A stretch of 37,980 nucleotides of DNA from a virus (lineage: Duplodnaviria > Caudoviricetes), in the IMG/VR virus record IMGVR_UViG_3300020045_010481, positions 1-37,980 of that record. One strand, given 5' to 3'. The notes under the pieces were generated by a model that ran no database searches, was not told where the DNA came from, and saw nothing but the letters and a program-made list of their open reading frames with translations. Below, one piece after another: positions 29,459 to 37,980 of the stretch. Position 1 is the stretch's first letter, and every line of letters starts with the position of its first letter. Both the position numbers and the translations under genes were made by a program.

Positions 29459-29492
29459 AAAAGCACTAAAACAAAAAATAATAACAATAAAG

Positions 29493-30452
29493 ATGGGATT
29501 AAGAGATTATAGATTGGCGTTTAAGCCATTCGAAGTAGAATGGGCATATCAAACTTGGGAATTGTCCGAACAAAGTCATTGGCTTCATACGGAAGTATTG
29601 ATGCAAAATGATATAAAAAATTGGAATAATGATTTAACTGAATATGAAAAGGATGTTGTTGGTAAAATCTTAAAAGGATTTACTATAACAGAAACATTTG
29701 TTGGAGATTATTGGACTACATTTGTGGCAAAAGTTTTTCCAAAACACGAAATTGTAGCTATGTGTAATTCATTCGGAGCAAGAGAATCAATTCATGCAAT
29801 TTCTTATAATCACTTAAATGATTGTTTAGACTTAAATGACTTTGATGCTTTTTTAACAGATGAAACTACTATGACAAAATTAGAAGTTTTGATGCAAGCT
29901 GATAAAGACGATAGTGATGAAAATATTGCAAGAAGTTTAGCATTATTTTCCGCTTGTGCTGAGGGAATTCAATTATTTTCATCATTCGCTATATTAATGT
30001 CATTCAGTCAAGCAAATTTGTTAAAATCCGTTGTAAATATCATGAATTGGTCATCAAAGGATGAAAATTTACATTCAACCGCAGGAACAAAATTATTCCG
30101 AGAATTTATTAATGAAAACACAAACATTTGGACAGATTCCTTGAAACAAGAAATTTATGAAGGTGTTGATTTAGCTATTAGAAATGAATTTAATTTCATT
30201 GATAACGTATTTGATGGTGGTAGTTTGAGAAACTTAACAAAGGAACAATTAAAAAATTATATGTATTCACGTGCTAATTTAAAATTATCTGAATTGATGT
30301 TAGAACCTAAATATGAAGTTAATCAAACTCTATTAAATGAAATGTCTTGGTTTAGAACTATGATTCAAGGTGAAGGAGATGTAGATTTCTTTGATTCTAA
30401 AAGTGTAAATTATTCAAAAGCCAATTCTGATTGGGATGATGATATTTTTTAA
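29493..30452 (+). CDS. nrdB: Ribonucleotide reductase class I beta subunit (ATG 29493 preferred over TTG 29448)
   Basis: HWLHTEV, RESIHAISY, EGIQLFSSFA, KDENLH, DFFD..SVNYSK. Confidence 0.95.
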   Translation: MGLRDYRLAFKPFEVEWAYQTWELSEQSHWLHTEVLMQNDIKNWNNDLTEYEKDVVGKILKGFTITETFVGDYWTTFVAKVFPKHEIVAMCNSFGARESIHAISYNHLNDCLDLNDFDAFLTDETTMTKLEVLMQADKDDSDENIARSLALFSACAEGIQLFSSFAILMSFSQANLLKSVVNIMNWSSKDENLHSTAGTKLFREFINENTNIWTDSLKQEIYEGVDLAIRNEFNFIDNVFDGGSLRNLTKEQLKNYMYSRANLKLSELMLEPKYEVNQTLLNEMSWFRTMIQGEGDVDFFDSKSVNYSKANSDWDDDIF

Positions 30453-30482
30453 TAAAACAATTAAACAAACATATAAATAAAA

Positions 30483-32210
30483 ATGACTGAGACTCATAAA
30501 TTAGCAAAAGAAAAAGGTTGGGTTATTGGAATCGACTATCCCGAATGGGGAAATAATTCTGCTTACTTAACAACAATTAATGGTGGATATTTACAAGAAG
30601 ATGAAACTCCGAAAAATGCTTATAATCGACTTGCAAAAAGAGCAAGTGAATTAATTGGAATTCCCGAATACGAAGAAAAATTTTTAGAAATATTTTGGAA
30701 TGGTTGGTTAATTCCATCAACTCCTGTCATGGCAAACTTTGGATATGAGTATAATTTACCTATTTCATGTTTTGGTTCTGTTATTGGAGATTCTATGTAT
30801 GAAATTGGTAGAAAGAATTTAGAGATGTTAATTCTTTCTAAACATGGTGGTGGAACATCTTATTCATTTGATGAAATAAGAGATATTGGTAGTCCAATTA
30901 AAGGAGGAAAACTCGGAAAAAGTGATGGGGTTTTACCATTTTTGAAAATGTTTGATTCTTCAATCATAGCAAGTCGTCAAAATACTACTCGAAGAGGTGC
31001 TATGAGTTCATATTTATCAACTAAGAGTAAACAATTTAAAGAATTTTTGAAAATACGTCAACCAAAAGGAGATGTGAATACTCAATGTCTTAATTTACAT
31101 CAAGGAGCAATTATTGATGATGAATTCATGAATAAACTCGCTTCAAGAGATTCTAAAACAATTGAAATTTGGAAAGATGTCTTGAAGGCAAGATTAGAAA
31201 CAGGAGAACCTTATTTATTTTTCAAAGATAATGCTAATAAGAATCTTGGACAAAATTGGAAACAACATAGTCTATCGGTTAAGCATAGTAATTTATGTTC
31301 GGAGATAATGCTTCCAAATGATGAAAATCATACATTTGTGTGTTGTCTGTCAAGTTTAAATTTATTGAAATTTGAAGAATTCAAGAACACTGATACAGTT
31401 TTTTTAGCGACAATATTTTTAGATGCGGTCATTGAAGAATTCATTCAAAAGGCTAAGAGTATTCAAGGTATTGAAGATGCAGTTAGATTTGCAGAAAAAA
31501 GTAGAGCATTAGGATTGGGAGTCATGGGTTGGCATAGCTTCTTACAATCAAAGGATTTACCATTTATAGGTATCGCTTCTAATTCTTGGACAAATATAAT
31601 TTTTAGCCACATTAAAAATGAAGCAGAAAGAGCATCTGAATGGTTAGCAAATAAATTTGGAGAACCTGAGTGGATGAAAGGTACAGGAAAAAGAAATTTA
31701 ACACTCACAACTATTCCTCCAACGAGAAGTTCAAGTAAATTAGCATTCAACGCTTCACAGTCAATAGAACCATTGAATTCAAACATTTACTCGGATGCAA
31801 GTGCAAAGGGGACAATGATTGTTAGAAATCAATTTTTAGAAAAATTGTTGATTGAAAAGAATATGAATACTATTGAAATATGGGATTCAATTTCAGATTG
31901 TGATGGTTCTGTTCAACATTTAGATTTCTTAACAAAAGATGAAAAAGATGTATTCTTGACATTCAGAGAAATTAATCAATTAGAACTTGTTAAACAAGCA
32001 TCGTTACGTCAGAAATATATCTGTCAAGGACAATCTCTAAATTTGGCATTTTTCCAAGATGCTACTGCAAAGTGGATTAATAAAGTTCACATCACTGCTT
32101 GGGAGTTGGGACTAAAGAGTCTTTATTATCTAAAATCACAATCGAAAGTAAGAGCATCAAATGTAAATCAGAGAGATTTATATACGGAATGTTTAAATTG
32201 TGAAGGTTAA
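30483..32210 (+). CDS. nrdA: Ribonucleotide reductase class I alpha subunit, short form without ATP cone
   Basis: PSTPVMAN, PISCF, GGG, RRGA, GEPY, SNLCSEI, LKSLYY, C-terminal CLNCEG. Confidence 0.96.
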   Translation: MTETHKLAKEKGWVIGIDYPEWGNNSAYLTTINGGYLQEDETPKNAYNRLAKRASELIGIPEYEEKFLEIFWNGWLIPSTPVMANFGYEYNLPISCFGSVIGDSMYEIGRKNLEMLILSKHGGGTSYSFDEIRDIGSPIKGGKLGKSDGVLPFLKMFDSSIIASRQNTTRRGAMSSYLSTKSKQFKEFLKIRQPKGDVNTQCLNLHQGAIIDDEFMNKLASRDSKTIEIWKDVLKARLETGEPYLFFKDNANKNLGQNWKQHSLSVKHSNLCSEIMLPNDENHTFVCCLSSLNLLKFEEFKNTDTVFLATIFLDAVIEEFIQKAKSIQGIEDAVRFAEKSRALGLGVMGWHSFLQSKDLPFIGIASNSWTNIIFSHIKNEAERASEWLANKFGEPEWMKGTGKRNLTLTTIPPTRSSSKLAFNASQSIEPLNSNIYSDASAKGTMIVRNQFLEKLLIEKNMNTIEIWDSISDCDGSVQHLDFLTKDEKDVFLTFREINQLELVKQASLRQKYICQGQSLNLAFFQDATAKWINKVHITAWELGLKSLYYLKSQSKVRASNVNQRDLYTECLNCEG

Positions 32211-32598
32211 TATGGAACTAAAAGAACAAATTATTGAATATTTCAAGAATAGTAACTTGAAATATTCATTTTCATTCGACAGAGAAGATTATTTCTATGT
32301 TGAATTTGAATATAAGAAACAAGAACTCTTATGTGATTTTGAAATATATGATGATAAATCTATGAATGGTTCATTTTCTATAATAAAAAATGATGAAATA
32401 TCTGAAATATATAATCAAAATTATATTGACATCAAAGATTTAGATGATTTTATCGCAAATGTTGAACAAATGATGTTGTTTGTTGATGATTATGTTAAAA
32501 TATATCCTAAGATGGAGAAGAAAATGAAAGAAATTGAAGATATGTGTGAAACATTAGAAATAGATTTCGAAAATTTTCTTAAAGAATATATTGATTAA
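32200..32598 (+). CDS. Hypothetical acidic protein
   Basis: ORF track; start may be ATG 32212. Confidence 0.55.
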   Translation: MKVNMELKEQIIEYFKNSNLKYSFSFDREDYFYVEFEYKKQELLCDFEIYDDKSMNGSFSIIKNDEISEIYNQNYIDIKDLDDFIANVEQMMLFVDDYVKIYPKMEKKMKEIEDMCETLEIDFENFLKEYID

Positions 32599-32612
32599 TT
32601 GAAAATAAATTA

Positions 32613-32620
32613 TAAATTTG
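32613..32620 (+). promoter_or_regulatory. Bacteroidota-type -7 box TAnnTTTG
   Basis: TAAATTTG intergenic, 15 nt before ATG 32636; same TAAATTTGTA as at 16743. Confidence 0.55.
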
Positions 32621-32635
32621 TAAAAAAATAAGGAT

Positions 32636-32863
32636 ATGAATACAAATGAAATAGTAATTACATATTGTCGATTAAATGTCAGCAAGGATTATGTAAATGA
32701 TATGATAAAATATGATGAAGATTTAATTACTGCTATAAAGGATTTTTCTGAAAATTTATCTAATGATGATATTGAAATATTTTCATATACAGGAAATTCA
32801 ATAGTCACCGAAAATGGTTATTATTTTGCATTTTTTGAAGATGATTTAATATCAGTTGAATAA
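32636..32863 (+). CDS. Hypothetical protein
   Basis: 75-aa ORF after a promoter-like motif. Confidence 0.55.
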   Translation: MNTNEIVITYCRLNVSKDYVNDMIKYDEDLITAIKDFSENLSNDDIEIFSYTGNSIVTENGYYFAFFEDDLISVE

Positions 32864-32871
32864 ATAAAGAT

Positions 32872-33045
32872 ATGGAAGGACAATATATCATCATGAATTT
32901 AACAACAATGGAATATTTCAAAACTGTTGATGGAAAACTAAAATATTTTGATACAATTGAGGATGCGAATGACCATTGTTGGATTTATGAACTTGAAAAT
33001 GCTTGGATTCTTGAATTAAAAAAAATATGTAATTATGGAATATAA
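32872..33045 (+). CDS. Small hypothetical protein, 57 aa (not in ORF track)
   Basis: MEGQYIIMNLTTMEYFKTVDG...CWIYELENAWILELKKICNYGI fills the gap between neighbours. Confidence 0.6.
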   Translation: MEGQYIIMNLTTMEYFKTVDGKLKYFDTIEDANDHCWIYELENAWILELKKICNYGI

Positions 33046-33331
33046 TTTTCAGTTCATTATTAATGAACTATCAACGTGTTCAAACTATATTGATAAAATT
33101 GGATATAATCTACTCCTTTTGAGTGAGAAATATATAAAGGATAGAATAAATTCTTTTGAAACTATGGAAGATTTCTCAGAATTTCATAAACATCTAAGAC
33201 AAATTGATATAACAAATGATGGATATTTAGATTTATGTCTATATAATTATATGAATGAGTCTGATTATTTTTGGATGATTGTAGAAGATTTAATTAAAAT
33301 AATAAAAACTGATAAAGAAAAATGGAAGTAG
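33035..33331 (+). CDS. Hypothetical protein
   Basis: 98-aa ORF overlapping both neighbours. Confidence 0.55.
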   Translation: MEYNFQFIINELSTCSNYIDKIGYNLLLLSEKYIKDRINSFETMEDFSEFHKHLRQIDITNDGYLDLCLYNYMNESDYFWMIVEDLIKIIKTDKEKWK

Positions 33332-33645
33332 TATTTATAGACAATAAATTTCCACAAGAAATTTTGGATTTTTACAAAATACATGGTGTAGTAATCCCAA
33401 CCATGAATCAAATTTATTCAATTAGAGAAGTTCGATATGACTTGGGAAAGCAAGGACTCCTTTTAGAAGGTTTAAACAATCCTGATGTTCCAATTACTGT
33501 TGGATATAAGGTTATAAATATTGAACCATCATGGAATATTAGACGTTTCGCAACATTATTAGGTGATAAAATCGAACAATTGGAAATAGAGGAATTTAAA
33601 GAGTTACAAAAAAATGAAACAAAAAAATATGGAAATCAAAATTGA
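33322..33645 (+). CDS. Hypothetical phage protein
   Basis: 107 aa; YSIREV..GLLLEGLNNP...EPSWNIRRF. Confidence 0.6.
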   Translation: MEVVFIDNKFPQEILDFYKIHGVVIPTMNQIYSIREVRYDLGKQGLLLEGLNNPDVPITVGYKVINIEPSWNIRRFATLLGDKIEQLEIEEFKELQKNETKKYGNQN

Positions 33646-34213
33646 ACATTTAGGGGAACATTTTACAATTAATAAGGATGAAGTTGGTGATTCTAATCAA
33701 CTATACGAAATGTTTGATAAAATTGCAACTCTTATGGGTTATGAAACATCTCAAAAAAATACATTAAATTTTGAGAAGGTCATTAAATTTCAAGATATAT
33801 TTAGTGTGAATGCAGATTCATTGAATATGGAAGAAAGTGATTTAAGAATCAGTTTAATCAATGAAGAACTTGAAGAATTAAAGGAAGCATTTGCAAATAA
33901 AGATAAAGTAGGAGTTTTAGATGCTTATATGGATATTCTTTTCTTGGCTTTAGGAGGATTAATTAGACATGGGTATAGGAATGTTATCAACGATGCTTTT
34001 AACGAGGTTTGTGACTCAAATTTGAGTAAATATGATGAAACATTGAAAGATGCAAGACTCACCGAATCTCAATATGAGAGTAAAGGAATAGAAACATATA
34101 CAGAATATTCTGATAAATACAATGTTCTTCTAACAAAAAGATATTCAGATGGTAAAGTTTTGAAATCTCATAATTTTAAAGAACCAAATCTTTCACAATT
34201 TATAGAAAATTAG
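33614..34213 (+). CDS. MazG-like all-alpha NTP pyrophosphatase (PRA-PH/dUTPase-like)
   Basis: LINEELEEL, DAYMDILF, EVCDSNLSK, DGKVLKS..FKEPNL. Confidence 0.85.
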   Translation: MKQKNMEIKIEHLGEHFTINKDEVGDSNQLYEMFDKIATLMGYETSQKNTLNFEKVIKFQDIFSVNADSLNMEESDLRISLINEELEELKEAFANKDKVGVLDAYMDILFLALGGLIRHGYRNVINDAFNEVCDSNLSKYDETLKDARLTESQYESKGIETYTEYSDKYNVLLTKRYSDGKVLKSHNFKEPNLSQFIEN

Positions 34214-34227
34214 ATATTTATATATGA

Positions 34228-34377
34228 ATGATAAAAGAATTAGAAAAAATTGAAGAAGATTCTAAAAAGATTTTAGAAAATTTAGAATTAACAAAAGATT
34301 CACCAAACTACATTGATTTCTTGGAGTCTTTTAATAGTTATGTTAGCAAACTAAAAAAATTAAACAACGATGATTAG
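34228..34377 (+). CDS. Small hypothetical protein, 49 aa (not in ORF track)
   Basis: MIKELEKIEEDSKK...; preceded by ATATTTAT at 34214-34221. Confidence 0.45.
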   Translation: MIKELEKIEEDSKKILENLELTKDSPNYIDFLESFNSYVSKLKKLNNDD

Positions 34378-34519
34378 TGAAATAAAAACCGTCAGAGATT
34401 TATTAGATATTCTTGGTGATGACTTGGATAAAGAAATTTTTATATATGATTATAGTATAGAAGATTCGGTTCAAATAGATAGTGTTGAAATAAGAGCAGG
34501 TGAAATCATAATCAAATGA
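34370..34519 (+). CDS. Small hypothetical protein, 49 aa (not in ORF track)
   Basis: MISEIKTVRDLLDILGDDLDKEIF...; ATGA overlap with the next gene. Confidence 0.5.
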   Translation: MISEIKTVRDLLDILGDDLDKEIFIYDYSIEDSVQIDSVEIRAGEIIIK

Positions 34520-34926
34520 AAACATTGATAGATAAAATAAAGAATTATATATCTTCTCTCTCATTAAAAGAGAAGATAGCTTTTTCTTTAGTGATATTAT
34601 TTTTTTTTATTATTATATTCTCTACAAGTAAAATAATAAATTTGAATAATGATTTAAAACCTTATCAAAATTTCAATGATAGTTTAAAAAGTGAGAACTT
34701 CATTCTGAATCAAAAAAATATTTTATTAAAAAATGACTTAGATAGTTTGAAAATTAAAATAAACTCTTTAAATTTACAGAATAAACTTCTTGAATCTAAA
34801 AGAAAACTTGTAAATGAAAATCAGAAAAAACTTATATATTTTGATGATACTAACTCTGATGTTAGTTCCGTACTTGACACAATCTCAAACATCATCAGAC
34901 GAAACCCGATTAAATTACGGGATTGA
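34516..34926 (+). CDS. Membrane-anchored coiled-coil protein, inner-spanin-like
   Basis: One N-terminal TM (IAFSLVILFFFIIIFS) followed by a heptad coiled coil; overlaps the next gene. Confidence 0.55.
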   Translation: MKTLIDKIKNYISSLSLKEKIAFSLVILFFFIIIFSTSKIINLNNDLKPYQNFNDSLKSENFILNQKNILLKNDLDSLKIKINSLNLQNKLLESKRKLVNENQKKLIYFDDTNSDVSSVLDTISNIIRRNPIKLRD

Positions 34927-35350
34927 TAATAAGAATAAGAGAGTTAGTTTAGATTTTCAAACGATTTATAAGTTTGGAAACTATTTCATTCAATATGAAT
35001 ATTTCAAAAGGTCGAATGTAGAACTTAATTCAATATTGAGTCAGAAATATTTCAACGACAGTCTTTCAAATGTATATTACAACTCATCATTCAGTAAATT
35101 CAATAATATTTATAAAAATGATAGTATAGAAAAATCAAATCTGAAACAAATTGTTAAAAGAAATGAAGATTCTTTGAACTCTAAGGAAAGAAAAATAGTT
35201 ATATTAGAGAACACTGCTTCCAATACTAAACAGTTTATAATTCCATTTGAAAAAAAGAAATCAAAAATTGGTGGAATAGTTTTAGGTGGTTCTCTTGGTT
35301 TATCAATTGGAACTTTAATTGGAATGGCAATAATAAAACTATCAAAATGA
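34814..35350 (+). CDS. Secreted coiled-coil protein with C-terminal TM, spanin-partner-like
   Basis: Signal peptide-like N-terminus, C-terminal IGGIVLGGSLGLSIGTLIGMAII; 113-nt overlap with the upstream gene. Confidence 0.5.
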   Translation: MKIRKNLYILMILTLMLVPYLTQSQTSSDETRLNYGIDNKNKRVSLDFQTIYKFGNYFIQYEYFKRSNVELNSILSQKYFNDSLSNVYYNSSFSKFNNIYKNDSIEKSNLKQIVKRNEDSLNSKERKIVILENTASNTKQFIIPFEKKKSKIGGIVLGGSLGLSIGTLIGMAIIKLSK

Positions 35351-35898
35351 TGAAATTTGACAAAAAAAAGTTTGAATTTGTTCCTAACTTGGACAAAAAT
35401 GATGATATTAAAGTATCTTATGGTACAATAATTAGTACAGAAACATTTGAAACATCTTTATTTGATAAAGAATTTATATTTATTAAAGATTGTGTAACAA
35501 AAGATTTAATTGATAATTTTGTATGGATGAAAGAAACCTTTCTTTTATTGAAAGCATATAAAAATCAGGAAAAAATAGGTGAAGAAGGTCAAGAAAACCT
35601 CCAAAAATTGAGAACATATTATTCTGATAGACTATATGAACTATTCAGAATGTTGGATGCAATAATGGAACTTTTAGGATGGGATGGTGAGAGTAAAGAA
35701 GATGAATTTGATGTAGATAAATATCTTGAATTCATGATGACTGAAACTGAAAAATATAGAGAGGAAGATGCTAAATATGAAAAATGGACTAATTTATCAA
35801 GCAATCAGAAATTTGAAGAATCTCTGAGAAAACATATAGAGGAAGATGTTGATACAAAAAAATTTATATTTCAATATTTTAATCCATTAAATCCTTAG
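35347..35898 (+). CDS. Hypothetical protein
   Basis: 183-aa ORF; no motif recognised. Confidence 0.55.
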   Translation: MMKFDKKKFEFVPNLDKNDDIKVSYGTIISTETFETSLFDKEFIFIKDCVTKDLIDNFVWMKETFLLLKAYKNQEKIGEEGQENLQKLRTYYSDRLYELFRMLDAIMELLGWDGESKEDEFDVDKYLEFMMTETEKYREEDAKYEKWTNLSSNQKFEESLRKHIEEDVDTKKFIFQYFNPLNP

Positions 35899-35934
35899 AA
35901 CAATAATAATTTAAACAAATAAACAAACAAAGTT

Positions 35935-36141
35935 ATGGCATTTTACAAAGCTAAAGTGAAAGAAGAAGTAGGAGAAAATCCTAAAGGTGGTACAAAATAT
36001 GCTACCAAAAATTACATTGTTGAAGGACTATCTGTCGAAGAAGCAACAGGTAAAATTCATAATCATTTCAAAGATTTCACTTATGATTGGGAGTTGGTTG
36101 GAGTCGATGCAATCAAAATTGAAGAAGTTATTTTAAATTAA
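35935..36141 (+). CDS. DUF4494-like small protein (Bacteroidota-associated family)
   Basis: FYKAKVK...K..TKNYIVEGLSVEEA..KI pattern. Confidence 0.65.
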   Translation: MAFYKAKVKEEVGENPKGGTKYATKNYIVEGLSVEEATGKIHNHFKDFTYDWELVGVDAIKIEEVILN

Positions 36142-36147
36142 AGTGTT

Positions 36148-36186
36148 ATGCAAGCTATTAAATTATTTTGATAGCTTGTATTTTTT
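36148..36186 (+). terminator. Rho-independent terminator
   Basis: ATGCAAGCTATTAAA / TTTGATAGCTTGTAT stem followed by T-run. Confidence 0.75.
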
Positions 36187-36198
36187 AAAAATTATTGA

Positions 36199-36453
36199 AT
36201 GGCAAGAAAGAAAAAAACAATTGAAGAACCAAAAGGGTTTGGCGATACTTTAAAAAACATTTTTGATGCAACAGGTGTAACAAAAGTAGTAGAAACTGTC
36301 ACTGATGCTTTAGGTATAGAAGATTGTGGATGTGGTAAAAGACAAGAATTACTAAACAACCTATTACCTTATTCTAATGATGTTGTGTTAAAACAAAATG
36401 ATGATATAAAAATTGTTATTGTTGATAATAATCAGATAGCAGTGTTTGACTAA
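36199..36453 (+). CDS. Small phage protein with GFGD...DCGC..R motif
   Basis: KGFGDTLKNIFDATGV...EDCGCGKRQELLNNLLPY. Confidence 0.65.
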   Translation: MARKKKTIEEPKGFGDTLKNIFDATGVTKVVETVTDALGIEDCGCGKRQELLNNLLPYSNDVVLKQNDDIKIVIVDNNQIAVFD

Positions 36454-36713
36454 TGACTAAAGAAAAATATTTAGAAATAATAAATAAAATAGAAGTTGAA
36501 AAATTGTTTGATTTGGATTTAGTTAGAAGCTATCTATCGGATATTGGAAATACAACATTTGATTTAGATTATTTCATACATTGCTCAGAACAAATAAAAA
36601 ATCCAATGATTATAAATCAGTTTCCTAACTTGATTCAATGGTTTGGTGTTGATTTTATAAACATAATGTACAAAAAATGTAAAGAATATTACGACAAAAA
36701 ATTCGAATTATGA
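36453..36713 (+). CDS. Hypothetical protein
   Basis: 86-aa ORF coupled to neighbours. Confidence 0.55.
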   Translation: MTKEKYLEIINKIEVEKLFDLDLVRSYLSDIGNTTFDLDYFIHCSEQIKNPMIINQFPNLIQWFGVDFINIMYKKCKEYYDKKFEL

Positions 36714-36967
36714 ATAAATTTAAAGAAATTACAGAATTTTGTAAACCTCATTGTTATAAAGAAGGATATTGGGATGGATTGACGAGTGACCAAATATTAG
36801 TTCGAGACAAAGAAGGTAATAATCATGTAGCAATTGCTTATGAAGGACATTTAGACGGAAATCAATTCTTAAATTTTTATGATTTAAGAGACTTTGAAAT
36901 CGAAAATGTTGTCGAATTCATGGAAATTCCTGAGTCAACAACATTATATGGTAGAATCTTAATGTAA
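36710..36967 (+). CDS. Hypothetical protein, weakly DUF551-like
   Basis: SDQILV...NVVEFMEIPE pattern. Confidence 0.5.
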   Translation: MNKFKEITEFCKPHCYKEGYWDGLTSDQILVRDKEGNNHVAIAYEGHLDGNQFLNFYDLRDFEIENVVEFMEIPESTTLYGRILM

Positions 36968-36969
36968 AT

Positions 36970-37356
36970 ATGGAATTATATGAAATATTGGATGATTTAG
37001 AGAGTGCAATAAACTACTTAAAATCATTAGACCAAGATTATGATTTGAAATTCCAAAGTGAACTCATAAACAATTATATAAAGGATAGAAGTGATGATGA
37101 TTATCGAAAAATTATTACTGAAAAATCTAATATAACAAAAATGAGTGATGAATTGGTCTTTATATTATATCTTGGAAGAAATTATGAAGGAACATTTACT
37201 GATGATTTCTTTAAATTCAAAGATTATGGATTTTGTGAAAGAAATAATATCGAATTTGTTCAATATGAAATGAAAGATATTGCTTTCAGATTTGAAACAG
37301 TTCATAAACTCTTGAAAAATGGTCAAATAAACCCTGATTGGACTCCTAATTATTAA
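36970..37356 (+). CDS. Hypothetical protein, paralog of 19487..19945
   Basis: Shared motifs GRNYEGTFTD and RFETVHKLLKNGQINPDW. Confidence 0.7.
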   Translation: MELYEILDDLESAINYLKSLDQDYDLKFQSELINNYIKDRSDDDYRKIITEKSNITKMSDELVFILYLGRNYEGTFTDDFFKFKDYGFCERNNIEFVQYEMKDIAFRFETVHKLLKNGQINPDWTPNY

Positions 37357-37382
37357 TGTAAAATTAAAAAACAAAAAAATTT

Positions 37383-37980
37383 ATGAAAACTCACTTCACA
37401 TTACAAAACTTAATCAAAGTTGTAATCCTCTTCGCTTTAATTTCGCAAGTTATTCATGCACAATATGTTTATAAACTATTGTCACATGATGAAGGTGGGT
37501 TATTTAATGAAATTTCTTACTACGTTTTCGCAATTTCTCTTGAATGTTCAATTTTCATTTTTACATTGAAGGGAATGGTTAATAAGGCTCGTTTTTTCTG
37601 CGTTATTTCGATTCTAATCAACTTAGTTTACTATTGGTATGAATTAGGTGGCACACAACAATTCATTGGTTCTATCATAATCTCTGTAATTATTCCTGTT
37701 ACCATCTACTTTTATTCAGATTTATTTCAAAATGATGAACTAATCGAAGAAGAAATTCCTTATTCAATTGAAGAAGAAATTCCTTACATTGAAGATTTCT
37801 ACACAGAAAGTAAAGTAATTGAAGAGGTATCTCCTGTAAAAAGGTCTGTCGGAAGACCAAAAGGTGGTACAAAATATGCTACCAAAAATTACATTGTTGA
37901 AGGACTATCTGTCGAAGAAGCAACAGGTAAAATTCATAATCATTTCAAAGATTTCACTTATGATTGGGAGTTGGTTGGAG
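37383..37980 (+). CDS. Multi-pass membrane protein with acidic linker and AT-hook-like motif, open to the window end (not in ORF track)
   Basis: MKTHFTLQNLIKVVILFALISQV...; about 4 hydrophobic segments, IEEEIPY twice, KRSVGRPKG, then in-frame into the repeated DUF4494-like sequence. Confidence 0.65.
   Translation, partial: MKTHFTLQNLIKVVILFALISQVIHAQYVYKLLSHDEGGLFNEISYYVFAISLECSIFIFTLKGMVNKARFFCVISILINLVYYWYELGGTQQFIGSIIISVIIPVTIYFYSDLFQNDELIEEEIPYSIEEEIPYIEDFYTESKVIEEVSPVKRSVGRPKGGTKYATKNYIVEGLSVEEATGKIHNHFKDFTYDWELVG
37860..37980 (+). repeat. Exact 121-bp direct repeat of 35983-36103
   Basis: AAAGGTGGTACAAAATATGCTACC...GGGAGTTGGTTGGAG is identical at both sites. Confidence 0.95.

Noticed and set aside
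2032-29492. TTG starts at 2032, 10796 and 29448 given by the ORF track
   Set aside because: Downstream ATGs (2068, 10826, 29493) have A-rich leaders. The extensions at 10796 and 29448 overlap a hairpin and a promoter-like motif respectively.
244-37374. All minus-strand ORFs in the track
   Set aside because: Short antisense shadows of well-supported plus-strand genes, with no motifs (for example the poly-Ser ORF 22300-22602 mirrors the Glu/Asp repeat).
35983-37980. Diversity-generating retroelement TR/VR pair
   Set aside because: The copies are identical with no adenine-specific mismatches, and there is no reverse transcriptase in the window.
1-37980. Stop-codon reassignment
   Set aside because: Core genes are full length in code 11, coding density is high, and TAA, TAG and TGA all end genes.
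1-37980. tRNA genes, introns, inteins, homing endonucleases, integrase
   Set aside because: Intergenic gaps are short with no cloverleaf. NrdA, DnaB, capsid and recombinase genes are uninterrupted and of normal length. No HNH, GIY-YIG or integrase motifs were seen.

Overview
AT-rich, densely coding, all plus-strand segment of a large T4-like myophage genome, standard code 11. The host is probably Bacteroidota, based on TAnnTTTG promoters, A-rich translation starts without Shine-Dalgarno sequences and a DUF4494-like gene. 1-19470 is the virion module: head-associated protein, prohead protease, scaffold, major capsid, neck and tail-completion proteins, sheath, tube, tail chaperone pair, tape measure and baseplate proteins. 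19938-27355 is replication/recombination: minimal family-A polymerase-like protein plus a small coupled partner, gp32-like SSB, UvsX/RecA, 5'-3' exonuclease, DNA methyltransferase and DnaB helicase. A nucleotidyltransferase-glycosyltransferase-nucleotidyltransferase trio follows, then nrdB/nrdA, a MazG-like pyrophosphatase, a spanin-like pair and small accessory genes. Most notable are (1) the thumb-reduced PolA with a substituted steric gate and motif C, (2) the NTase-GT2-NTase cassette, (3) a probable +1 frameshift in the tail chaperone genes, (4) a recurring hairpin + ATATTTAT unit before late genes, (5) a charge-block tail on the SSB and (6) an exact 121-bp repeat at the window end. All functional calls come from motif reading and synteny; no database searches were run.
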